64,000 nt of DNA from a virus, in IMG/VR virus record IMGVR_UViG_3300009790_000004, positions 45,783 to 109,782 of that record; one strand, given 5' to 3'. The notes under the pieces are model-generated. The model searched no databases, had not been told where the DNA came from, and worked only from the letters and a program-made list of their open reading frames with translations. How positions within the stretch are numbered: position 1 is the first letter of the stretch; every line of letters begins with the position of its first letter. Of the stretch, positions 24,647-31,540 are shown one piece after another. Made by a program: the position numbers and the translations under genes.

Positions 24647-24865
24647 ATGAACGGACTCAAATCAACACCAGCACAGTTACAAAGAAGGAAGGAAGTTGTT
24701 AGAGATTTGTATGAAATAGTGAAGGAAGAATTTGAGGAGTATAAACTTAGAGATGAGAATGATTCACTCTTAGGTTATATTTTAGATGAATACATTTACA
24801 AATGTACTGAACTCGAAATTAATGAACTTGAGGACATTATTGTTAATCATTATGGGATAGATTAA
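24647..24865 (+). CDS. Hypothetical acidic early protein
   Basis: AGGAG RBS; tightly packed ORF. Confidence 0.7.
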   Translation: MNGLKSTPAQLQRRKEVVRDLYEIVKEEFEEYKLRDENDSLLGYILDEYIYKCTELEINELEDIIVNHYGID

Positions 24866-25053
24866 TGGCACTAAAAGTATGTAAAGACCTTAGAAAATTG
24901 ATGAAAAAGTATAATTACAAACTCGAAAGAGTCGGTAAACATTATACTTGGCATGGTCAAAATGGTGCTATAATAGTAACATCTAAGACTCCAGGAAAAG
25001 CACGATATTTAAAAGAAATAGAGTGCAACATTCGCAAACAAATCAATGACTAA
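24865..25053 (+). CDS. HicA-like small basic protein
   Basis: 62 aa with an alpha-beta-beta-beta-alpha pattern: KDLRKLMKKYNYKLERVGKHYTW....IIVTSKTP, with His at the HicA catalytic position. Confidence 0.55.
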   Translation: MALKVCKDLRKLMKKYNYKLERVGKHYTWHGQNGAIIVTSKTPGKARYLKEIECNIRKQIND

Positions 25054-25207
25054 TGTGAACAAATACACTCGTGCTGGTGTTAATGGGAAGCAAATAGTTT
25101 GCCCACTATGTAACAACGAAGCACGAGTATTTCACTTCTCTTGGAGTGCATTAACCTGCCAAACTTGCAGGTCTTCAGTAAACAAAACATCATGGAGATT
25201 AGCATGA
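25046..25207 (+). CDS. Zn-ribbon protein (53 aa)
   Basis: Hand translation contains CPLC ... CQTC; not in the ORF track. Confidence 0.7.
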   Translation: MTNVNKYTRAGVNGKQIVCPLCNNEARVFHFSWSALTCQTCRSSVNKTSWRLA

Positions 25208-25443
25208 CTATCTATCAACAATCAGCAAATCCTAATGCCACTAATAGTGAATTAGATGCGAAAGTTATCATAGAACATGATAACGAAGTAGGACACATGA
25301 CCTACCTTGATTTACTAACAGAATTACAATCTTTAGATGAAGATGTACTGTTAGAACCAGTTACAGTTTATGATAGTCTAGATCAGGTATTTCTGCCAGT
25401 TGGTAGAATAATTAGTAACAAATCTACATATTTGGAGGTATAG
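25204..25443 (+). CDS. Hypothetical early protein
   Basis: ATGA coupling at 25204 with GGAG upstream; more plausible than the TTG at 25141. Confidence 0.65.
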   Translation: MTIYQQSANPNATNSELDAKVIIEHDNEVGHMTYLDLLTELQSLDEDVLLEPVTVYDSLDQVFLPVGRIISNKSTYLEV

Positions 25444-25444
25444 T

Positions 25445-25504
25445 GACAGTTACACAAGTTGCACACAATAGGATGACAAATAGCATGTTTTCAATTATTA
25501 TAAT
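25445..25504 (+). promoter_or_regulatory. Early promoter with dyad
   Basis: GACAGT-N6-AGTTGC (25445-25462); TATAAT at 25499-25504. Confidence 0.65.
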
Positions 25505-25519
25505 AGAGGTTAAATAGTT

Positions 25520-25705
25520 ATGTCGTTTCTTTCATCTCAAACTCAAATGTCTAATGACACTTTAAGATCACAATTTGTCGAAATAAATCATCATCAAGCA
25601 GACTTATTGCTTTGGTGTTATGAACAAATGGCAATAGACTTGAGTGATAACGAAATGGCAGAATTGCAACCATTAATTACACAATTGGAGGAAATTGCCA
25701 ACTAA
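25520..25705 (+). CDS. Hypothetical early protein
   Basis: GAGGT RBS immediately downstream of the promoter. Confidence 0.65.
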   Translation: MSFLSSQTQMSNDTLRSQFVEINHHQADLLLWCYEQMAIDLSDNEMAELQPLITQLEEIAN

Positions 25706-25781
25706 TGACATCATTTATTGTATGGGTATGTATCAGCATACTTTTATACATTGCAATCAAAAACTTTGGAGGTTATGGTAG

Positions 25782-26057
25782 ATGACTCAACTCAATTCTT
25801 CTCAGAAAGATGAACTAATTGAACAATATGTTGACCTCTTAGTTGATAGTATGAGCATGAAAGATTTAATCTCTTATGTATCAGAAGATCTAACTAATTT
25901 CTGTGAGAAACTAACAGATAGTGAATTAAAAGATGAAATTAGTTTAACACTAGATGATGAAATATATGATGAGTTAGTTGATAATGTAACCTCAGAGATT
26001 ACCGTTGTTAATTATAATTCAGTACATGACCAAATTCACAAGGAGGCAGTCACTTGA
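25782..26057 (+). CDS. Hypothetical acidic early protein
   Basis: GGAGG RBS; helical acidic ORF. Confidence 0.7.
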   Translation: MTQLNSSQKDELIEQYVDLLVDSMSMKDLISYVSEDLTNFCEKLTDSELKDEISLTLDDEIYDELVDNVTSEITVVNYNSVHDQIHKEAVT

Positions 26058-26105
26058 CAAACTGGCACAAGATCGCTTGATTTTTGCCCTATTCTGTGTC
26101 ATACT
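26049..26105 (+). promoter_or_regulatory. Early promoter with dyad
   Basis: GTCACT-N6-ACTGGC (26049-26066); TTGATT-17 nt-CATACT. Confidence 0.7.
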
Positions 26106-26111
26106 ATAGGT

Positions 26112-26426
26112 ATGAATAATTCAATTACTAAATCTCTTTTTTCACAGTCCATCAACCTATGTGACGATTACCTAGGTTTTGAGTGGTCTTTAGGTGTCCG
26201 CACCTCTATGTTTGACTCTTACCGTAGATCAAACGATCTAGATCCAAATCTAGCAATCTATCACTACGGTGGCGATACTTTCAAAGTTCGTACTATGATT
26301 TATGACGATTCAAAAGGTTGTATCGTTGGAGATCAGGTTGATCTCGGTTCTTTTGATAACATTTATGATGCACAAGATTGTGCTGAAGATTATCTAAAAG
26401 ATCTACTATTAGACCTCGGAGTTTAA
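26112..26426 (+). CDS. Hypothetical early protein (probably leaderless mRNA)
   Basis: ATG lies 7 nt after the -10 hexamer. Confidence 0.7.
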   Translation: MNNSITKSLFSQSINLCDDYLGFEWSLGVRTSMFDSYRRSNDLDPNLAIYHYGGDTFKVRTMIYDDSKGCIVGDQVDLGSFDNIYDAQDCAEDYLKDLLLDLGV

Positions 26427-26428
26427 CA

Positions 26429-26557
26429 ATGAGCACTCTACATCATGAATCAATTCTTGAAACTTTGTTTGAAGAAGTACTCGAAGAGTTTCCAACATTT
26501 AGTGAGGAACAATGCGAGACTATTGCTAAACGAAGATTTGAAGATATGTGTCAATAA
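26429..26557 (+). CDS. Small acidic cyanophage protein (42 aa)
   Basis: GGAG RBS; MSTLHHESILETLFEEVLEEFP...RFEDMCQ. Confidence 0.7.
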   Translation: MSTLHHESILETLFEEVLEEFPTFSEEQCETIAKRRFEDMCQ

Positions 26558-26572
26558 TTGATACAAACTCTT

Positions 26573-26602
26573 AGTCCTTAAGTATGACTCTAAACTGCTT
26601 AA
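26573..26602 (+). promoter_or_regulatory. Candidate intergenic H-type RNA pseudoknot
   Basis: S1 AGTC/GACT; S2 TTAAGTA/TGCTTAA (7 bp, one G-U). Confidence 0.45.
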
Positions 26603-26626
26603 AATGCCAAATCCTAATTAACACAA

Positions 26627-26743
26627 ATGACTCTACAATCTGTTCCTTTCGCTAACATTGACATTGAATCATTCTTTTATGATTGTAAAACAGGCAACGA
26701 AGTCTTAGCAGTATTGCAAGAACTCGTTGAGAGTGCAGAGTAA
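26627..26743 (+). CDS. Hypothetical protein (38 aa)
   Basis: Hand-translated ORF between the pseudoknot and the next promoter. Confidence 0.5.
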   Translation: MTLQSVPFANIDIESFFYDCKTGNEVLAVLQELVESAE

Positions 26744-26744
26744 G

Positions 26745-26803
26745 ACCAGTCAACAAAGTGTCACATCAAACCCCCATTAGGGGGTTTTTTCATGTATTAT
26801 AAT
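26745..26803 (+). promoter_or_regulatory. Early promoter with dyad and terminator-like stem-loop
   Basis: ACCAGT-N6-AGTGTC (26745-26762); AAACCCCC-atta-GGGGGTTTTTT (26768-26790); TATAAT at 26798-26803. Confidence 0.8.
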
Positions 26804-26825
26804 AGAGTAGTCAACCAAACAACCT

Positions 26826-27173
26826 ATGAGAAAACTTGAAAAGCAAATGAATTTCGCTCTTTCCAACAAGTCAAACTGGGCAGGATCTAACACTTCAGTT
26901 AGTTACAACGAAAACACAAATTGCTCTTCTGTTTATCTACATGGTCATCAAATTGCTACTCTAGATCATAACACAAATGCTGTCAAATTGTCATCATGTG
27001 GTTATGAAACAGTAACGACAAAATCACGACTAAATGCTATTTTAGACGAGGTTAAGTACGGTTGCAGAGTATTTCAAAAGAAATTTGAGTGGTTCGTTAG
27101 TTATAACGGACAAACTGAAGATTTCGTTGATGGTATGATCTTAGTAGATGCAGATTCTCTACAAATTGCATAA
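26826..27173 (+). CDS. Conserved phage hypothetical protein
   Basis: VYLHGHQIA ... GYETVTTKSRLNAIL motif; first gene after the promoter. Confidence 0.8.
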   Translation: MRKLEKQMNFALSNKSNWAGSNTSVSYNENTNCSSVYLHGHQIATLDHNTNAVKLSSCGYETVTTKSRLNAILDEVKYGCRVFQKKFEWFVSYNGQTEDFVDGMILVDADSLQIA

Positions 27174-27386
27174 AACTACAATACGATTACACCTCAAAAG
27201 TGTAATCGTTTTTATTATGATTTCACTCTCTATGTTATTTTCTTTCTTTTCCAATCATGCAGACAAATTCTCAACAAGTGCCACCCCCAAACAAACACAA
27301 AGGGAGACCACTTTCAGAGATAAAATGAATACTTATTCATCTAATCTGTATCAAGAACTATTCACTTATCAGGAGAACTTCCCACT

Positions 27387-27614
27387 ATGAACAAACAATT
27401 AATGGCACAATTAGAAAGAGACATTGCATATTGCATTGATATTCTCGAACTAACTAACAATCAAATTGGTGATTTGCTTCGTGCTTGTGAAGAGTTAGGA
27501 GGCATATCTGTAGAGTATTTCTGTGAAGAATTCATCTTTGAATGTGAAGATAAAGATGAACTTAACAGACTACATGATGATGACTATTTAACAATTAACT
27601 GGGGGTTATCCTAA
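27387..27614 (+). CDS. Hypothetical acidic early protein
   Basis: AGGAG upstream; ISVEYFCEEF motif. Confidence 0.7.
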   Translation: MNKQLMAQLERDIAYCIDILELTNNQIGDLLRACEELGGISVEYFCEEFIFECEDKDELNRLHDDDYLTINWGLS

Positions 27615-27714
27615 TGGTTTATGTGTTATTTTGGTCTTACAATGTGTTCGCTTGGTTAACAATGATCTACCTACAATCAACCAAGACAAAACAACAACCT
27701 ATTATGGAGATTAA

Positions 27715-27870
27715 ATGATGTTCGTTGTATTCAAATCACCAGTATTCTTCACTAAAAGTTATAATGAAGCATGTCAAATTGCCGATGCTCATTATCAACA
27801 AACTGGTGAAATCGTGGCAGTTGAAAATGTAAACCAAGAAGGAGGATTTTATTATGGAAATAACAAGTAA
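27715..27870 (+). CDS. Hypothetical protein (51 aa)
   Basis: GGAG RBS; hand-translated. Confidence 0.55.
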   Translation: MMFVVFKSPVFFTKSYNEACQIADAHYQQTGEIVAVENVNQEGGFYYGNNK

Positions 27871-28093
27871 GGACGGCAATATGGTCGTTGATTTCTATCC
27901 TGTTAAAACATGGGATAACAAATTGATAAGCAATCGTATGCTTAAAGTATTATCATTCAGAGGTGATAAGCAGAAGAAAATGTTAATATCTCGTGATGAG
28001 TTTTATTATCAAGTAAGAGAGTATATTAAGGACTGTGGTTATAAAGTAACCTCAGAGTATATGCCCGCCCAATTTATCACACAGGAGGACTAA
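27854..28093 (+). CDS. Hypothetical early protein
   Basis: GGAGGA RBS. Confidence 0.75.
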   Translation: MEITSKDGNMVVDFYPVKTWDNKLISNRMLKVLSFRGDKQKKMLISRDEFYYQVREYIKDCGYKVTSEYMPAQFITQED

Positions 28094-28095
28094 TC

Positions 28096-28410
28096 ATGCC
28101 AAGAAAGAGTACAAAACTGTCTATTGCTAAGTTGCAAGAAGGCATCACAATGTTCAATGGAGTTAGTGCTATTTTAGAGGTCGTATTTGACAACAATTTC
28201 AATCAATATTCAGTGGTTAATTTCATCACTAAATATGAAGATGAGTTGGGAATATCACTCATAGAAGATAAAGAATATACAGAACAATTTGACGGTTGGT
28301 TGTTACATTGTGAAGCAAGTTCAAGAAAGGAAATTACAAGAATATGTGGTATAATAGAGGAGGATATTGATATTGAGGAGTGTAATGTAGTAAGAGTAAG
28401 TAACAACTAA
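28096..28410 (+). CDS. Hypothetical early protein
   Basis: AGGAGG RBS. Confidence 0.75.
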   Translation: MPRKSTKLSIAKLQEGITMFNGVSAILEVVFDNNFNQYSVVNFITKYEDELGISLIEDKEYTEQFDGWLLHCEASSRKEITRICGIIEEDIDIEECNVVRVSNN

Positions 28411-28447
28411 TCATGAGCGATTTCGCCCCTAAAAATAACACAATCTA

Positions 28448-28660
28448 ATGGACAATCAACTCTACAATGTACAACTTAGTCATGCACAGTTGTCATTACT
28501 TAAGGTGCTAATCATCAATTATAAGAGTGCATGGACAAAAGATAATGCAACTCTTCCTTCACACATAGTGGATTTATTAGACTCTACTGATTATCAATTA
28601 CAATGCAACAATTCACACGAGGTCAAAGAGTCAAACTCCCCGACAATCTCGAAGGAATAG
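28448..28660 (+). CDS. Hypothetical protein
   Basis: 70-aa ORF in the packed array. Confidence 0.55.
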   Translation: MDNQLYNVQLSHAQLSLLKVLIINYKSAWTKDNATLPSHIVDLLDSTDYQLQCNNSHEVKESNSPTISKE

Positions 28661-28860
28661 TTGAATTTATCTGTGACGATTACATCACAGTTTGTATTAG
28701 TCTAAGAAAGAATGATTGCCCCCATTCTTTACATGAATTCACTAAATGTTGTCTCTTAGTTTATCCTAAAGAGCAAGAACAGTTAGTGTTAGTTAGTGAC
28801 GAAATTACATACGCTGATATGTACAAAGCACAAGAGAATAGGTACAGTGATATACAATAA
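28603..28860 (+). CDS. Hypothetical protein (SH3/KOW-like N-terminus)
   Basis: FTRGQRVKL...EGIVEFICDDYITVC pattern. Confidence 0.65.
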   Translation: MQQFTRGQRVKLPDNLEGIVEFICDDYITVCISLRKNDCPHSLHEFTKCCLLVYPKEQEQLVLVSDEITYADMYKAQENRYSDIQ

Positions 28861-29058
28861 CCTAAGTGCTAATTACACCTCTCTGGATGTCATATAAGGG
28901 GCATACATGAGGGGTTAGTTAGTGTATGCGGAAAGTTATTAAATACCTTTATAAATGTATATCTGTGTTTTATTCTTCGAGTGATAAATGTTATTAACTG
29001 TGTGATTACTATGTGTTAATTAGCGTTATAAATGTGCGGAGTAAGTGTCACCTAAGCG

Positions 29059-29087
29059 AGCGTAACATGGAGTCGAGTTATTGTCAA
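29059..29087 (-). promoter_or_regulatory. Leftward sigma70-type promoter
   Basis: Minus strand reads TTGACA-17 nt-TACGCT with an extended TG. Confidence 0.6.
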
Positions 29088-29139
29088 CATACAGGTCACA
29101 ATATCCTGACAGTTCTTATAAACAATTCAGAGGCAATCA

Positions 29140-29168
29140 TTGACACCTGACTATCATCATGCTATAAT
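29140..29168 (+). promoter_or_regulatory. Perfect-consensus sigma70 promoter
   Basis: TTGACA-17 nt-TATAAT with an extended TG. Confidence 0.9.
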
Positions 29169-29199
29169 ACAGATAATAACACTGAAGGACTGCAATCAC

Positions 29200-29370
29200 A
29201 TGTCAGATTCTTATCATCATGGTATGGAAGATTGGCACTGCTCGATGATACATAGCGAGCACACAGTTACTAACAACAATTATGATGAATATGATGACCT
29301 TGATTGTTACTCACGCCCAGATAGATTAGAGGCACTATGTAACAAGCATTATGCATATTACACTCACTAA
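29200..29370 (+). CDS. His/Tyr/Asp-rich small protein (56 aa)
   Basis: AAGGA RBS; ATG at 29200 downstream of the strong promoter. The track start at 29140 is the -35 box. Confidence 0.55.
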   Translation: MSDSYHHGMEDWHCSMIHSEHTVTNNNYDEYDDLDCYSRPDRLEALCNKHYAYYTH

Positions 29371-29539
29371 TTAACACTAATTGACAGTATGTTCGCCCTT
29401 ATGTTATATCGTGGTGTGGCGTGATGCGGTTTAAATCGAAGGAACCTTTGTAAGCTATAAACGACCCAGATCGACCTTGCTATATCTCTCTAGAAAAAAA
29501 ATATCCAATATATAAAAACGACACACAGGTTTCGTTTGA

Positions 29540-29716
29540 GTGAAAAAAAATACCCATAATATAAAAGTTGCTATTAGGTTCGACCCTGTAGAAGATAAAC
29601 TTGTCTTAGATTTGCCTGAGAGCATATGCAACGACCTTGATTGGTATGAGGGTAGTACTATAACTATGTCCGTAGAGAGTGATGGTGTATTCCTCGAAGA
29701 AAAAGATGAGGATTGA
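29540..29716 (+). CDS. AbrB/MazE-like DNA-binding protein (58 aa)
   Basis: GTG start; LVLDLPESICNDLDWYEGSTITMSVESDGVFLE fits the AbrB swapped-hairpin pattern. Not in the ORF track. Confidence 0.7.
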   Translation: MKKNTHNIKVAIRFDPVEDKLVLDLPESICNDLDWYEGSTITMSVESDGVFLEEKDED

Positions 29717-29741
29717 CTATCATACATAATACTGTTATAAT
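29713..29741 (+). promoter_or_regulatory. sigma70-type promoter
   Basis: TTGACT-17 nt-TATAAT with an extended TG. Confidence 0.85.
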
Positions 29742-29762
29742 AACTGAAGTACATTAATCATT

Positions 29763-30518
29763 ATGGCTAAAGGATTTACTGTAAAGGCGAAAACGCCGAA
29801 AAAGTCTGCTGAACCCGAATGGGACTATGACGCAGCATGGGAGATGTTAAAAGGAAAGGCAATTGTATTCTGTATGCCTGGTCGTGGATGTTCCTTTCAG
29901 TTCTTAAAGAGTTTCGTACAACTCTGTTTTGATTTGGTACAACATGGTGCAAGTATTCAGATATCGCAAGATTACTCTAGTATGGTTAACTTTGCTAGAT
30001 GTAAGTGTCTTGGGGCAAATGTATTAAGGGGACCAGAGCAAGTACCCTGGGACGGTAAGTTAAACTACGACTACCAACTATGGATTGATAGTGATATCGT
30101 CTATGGAACAGAGAAGTTCTTACAACTTGTTCTTATGGACAAGGATATTGCTGCTGGTTGGTACATGACAGAAGATGGTCGTACTACTAGTGTTGCTCAT
30201 TGGTTAGATGAAGGCGACTTCCGTAATAATGGTGGAGTCATGAATCACGAAACTGGTGAGACAATGACTAAGCGTAAGAAGCCATTTACTGTAGACTACA
30301 CAGGTTTCGGATGGACATTAATTAAGAAGGGTGTATTTGAACATCCAGAGATGAAGTATCCTTGGTTCGCTCCTAAGATGCAAGTCTTTGAATCAGGTGA
30401 TGTTCAGGATATGTGTGGAGAAGATGTGAGTTTCTGTCTCGATGCTATAGAAGCAGGATTCGAGATATGGTGCGATCCTCGTGTCAGGGTTGGTCACGAG
30501 AAGATGAGAGTCATCTAA
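29763..30518 (+). CDS. Conserved cyanophage GT-A fold glycosyltransferase-like protein
   Basis: VNFARC, WIDSD (DxD), GFGWTLIK, GEDVSFC and VGHEK motifs. Confidence 0.8.
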   Translation: MAKGFTVKAKTPKKSAEPEWDYDAAWEMLKGKAIVFCMPGRGCSFQFLKSFVQLCFDLVQHGASIQISQDYSSMVNFARCKCLGANVLRGPEQVPWDGKLNYDYQLWIDSDIVYGTEKFLQLVLMDKDIAAGWYMTEDGRTTSVAHWLDEGDFRNNGGVMNHETGETMTKRKKPFTVDYTGFGWTLIKKGVFEHPEMKYPWFAPKMQVFESGDVQDMCGEDVSFCLDAIEAGFEIWCDPRVRVGHEKMRVI

Positions 30519-30686
30519 ATGTCAAAGACAGTTTACACAATCTATATCAAGGGCGTTGAGAAACACACCGATATAAGTGAAACTGTATTTTTGGATCTAA
30601 TGGGGGATTATGCTCAGGATTTCTATGAGTGTGGTTCCCCAGATCCGTCTACAATATCATACACTATGAAGGAGCTCAATGGCTAA
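30519..30686 (+). CDS. Hypothetical protein (55 aa)
   Basis: Hand-translated; ATG immediately after the previous stop. Confidence 0.7.
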   Translation: MSKTVYTIYIKGVEKHTDISETVFLDLMGDYAQDFYECGSPDPSTISYTMKELNG

Positions 30687-30822
30687 AGTATACACATCAT
30701 TGTCTGGTAGTTTTATTGAATCTAAACCCAAAAAGACTCGACAAGGACAAGGAAAGAACTCAAAATTTTCTAGCACCGCCCGAAACGCTGCTCGGAAACA
30801 GTATAAGGGGCAGGGCAAATGA
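30679..30822 (+). CDS. Small basic protein (47 aa)
   Basis: AAGGAG RBS; PKKTRQGQGKNSKFSSTARNAARKQYKGQGK. Confidence 0.75.
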   Translation: MAKVYTSLSGSFIESKPKKTRQGQGKNSKFSSTARNAARKQYKGQGK

Positions 30823-31100
30823 GTCGTAAATTAGAGTTAATTAGTGACAACACTAAATGGGAAGACTATGCTCTCTCTGCATTAGACGATGCTATCTTTG
30901 ATGTGATCAATTCGGAAGCATCTGAATACGACATATACAATACTATAATGAATAGTATTAGAGATAGGGGTAGGTATCATGAAGGTGCTTCTAATAGATG
31001 TCAAAAAGTACTTGATATGCTAGAAGGAGAGCCTTTTAAAAGTGATCCGATAGCGGGAAAAGTGGATATGGGTGGACCTTATAATGACGAGTCTGCTTAA
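30819..31100 (+). CDS. Hypothetical protein
   Basis: ATGA-coupled 93-aa ORF. Confidence 0.75.
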   Translation: MSRKLELISDNTKWEDYALSALDDAIFDVINSEASEYDIYNTIMNSIRDRGRYHEGASNRCQKVLDMLEGEPFKSDPIAGKVDMGGPYNDESA

Positions 31101-31105
31101 TCGGG

Positions 31106-31113
31106 TATAAATA
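31106..31113 (+). promoter_or_regulatory. T4 late promoter TATAAATA
   Basis: Exact consensus upstream of gp25. Confidence 0.85.
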
Positions 31114-31136
31114 ATCTCGATACCTAGAGCCAATGT

Positions 31137-31535
31137 ATGGCTGAGTCAAATTCCAAGGCATTTAAAGATATAGATCTTTCTTTTTTGCCACACCCTGTTT
31201 CTGGAGATGTGAGAGTCCTTAAAAATGAGGATGCGATAAAGAGAGCTGTAAGGAATTTGATTCAGACCATAGGTGGCGAAAGACCATTCTCGTCTAATCT
31301 TGGTACAGATGTGACTAGATCACTATTTGATTTTGTTGATTATGGTACTGCAAGTGTCATAACTCAGCAAATTTTTGATGTTTTAAAGGGGTTTGAAGGT
31401 CGGATTGATAATACTGCAGTGAAGGTTGAACCTAGACCCAACGATAACACATTTGAAGTGTTTATTACATACGATATTATAGGTCAAGACTTCCCAAGTC
31501 AAGAATTTGACTTTATGTTGGAATCATCTAGGTAA
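31137..31535 (+). CDS. gp25: Baseplate wedge subunit gp25
   Basis: FKDIDLSF..HP, AIKRAVRNLI.T..GERPF, FEGRI motifs; synteny. Confidence 0.92.
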   Translation: MAESNSKAFKDIDLSFLPHPVSGDVRVLKNEDAIKRAVRNLIQTIGGERPFSSNLGTDVTRSLFDFVDYGTASVITQQIFDVLKGFEGRIDNTAVKVEPRPNDNTFEVFITYDIIGQDFPSQEFDFMLESSR

Positions 31536-31540
31536 TAAGA

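Noticed and set aside
15121-26762. Dyad repeats as a CRISPR-like array
   Set aside because: Spacing is irregular and kb-scale, the copies are degenerate, each is tied to a -10 box, and no cas genes are present.
27148-27390. 80-aa ORF as a single real gene
   Set aside because: It spans a degenerate promoter element and reads like intergenic sequence; at most a short peptide is real.
29455-29754. 99-aa minus-strand ORF
   Set aside because: Antisense shadow of the AbrB-like plus-strand gene.
30629-30829. 66-aa ORF from the track
   Set aside because: Better explained by two overlapping genes in other frames (30519-30686 and 30679-30822), supported by coupling and an RBS.
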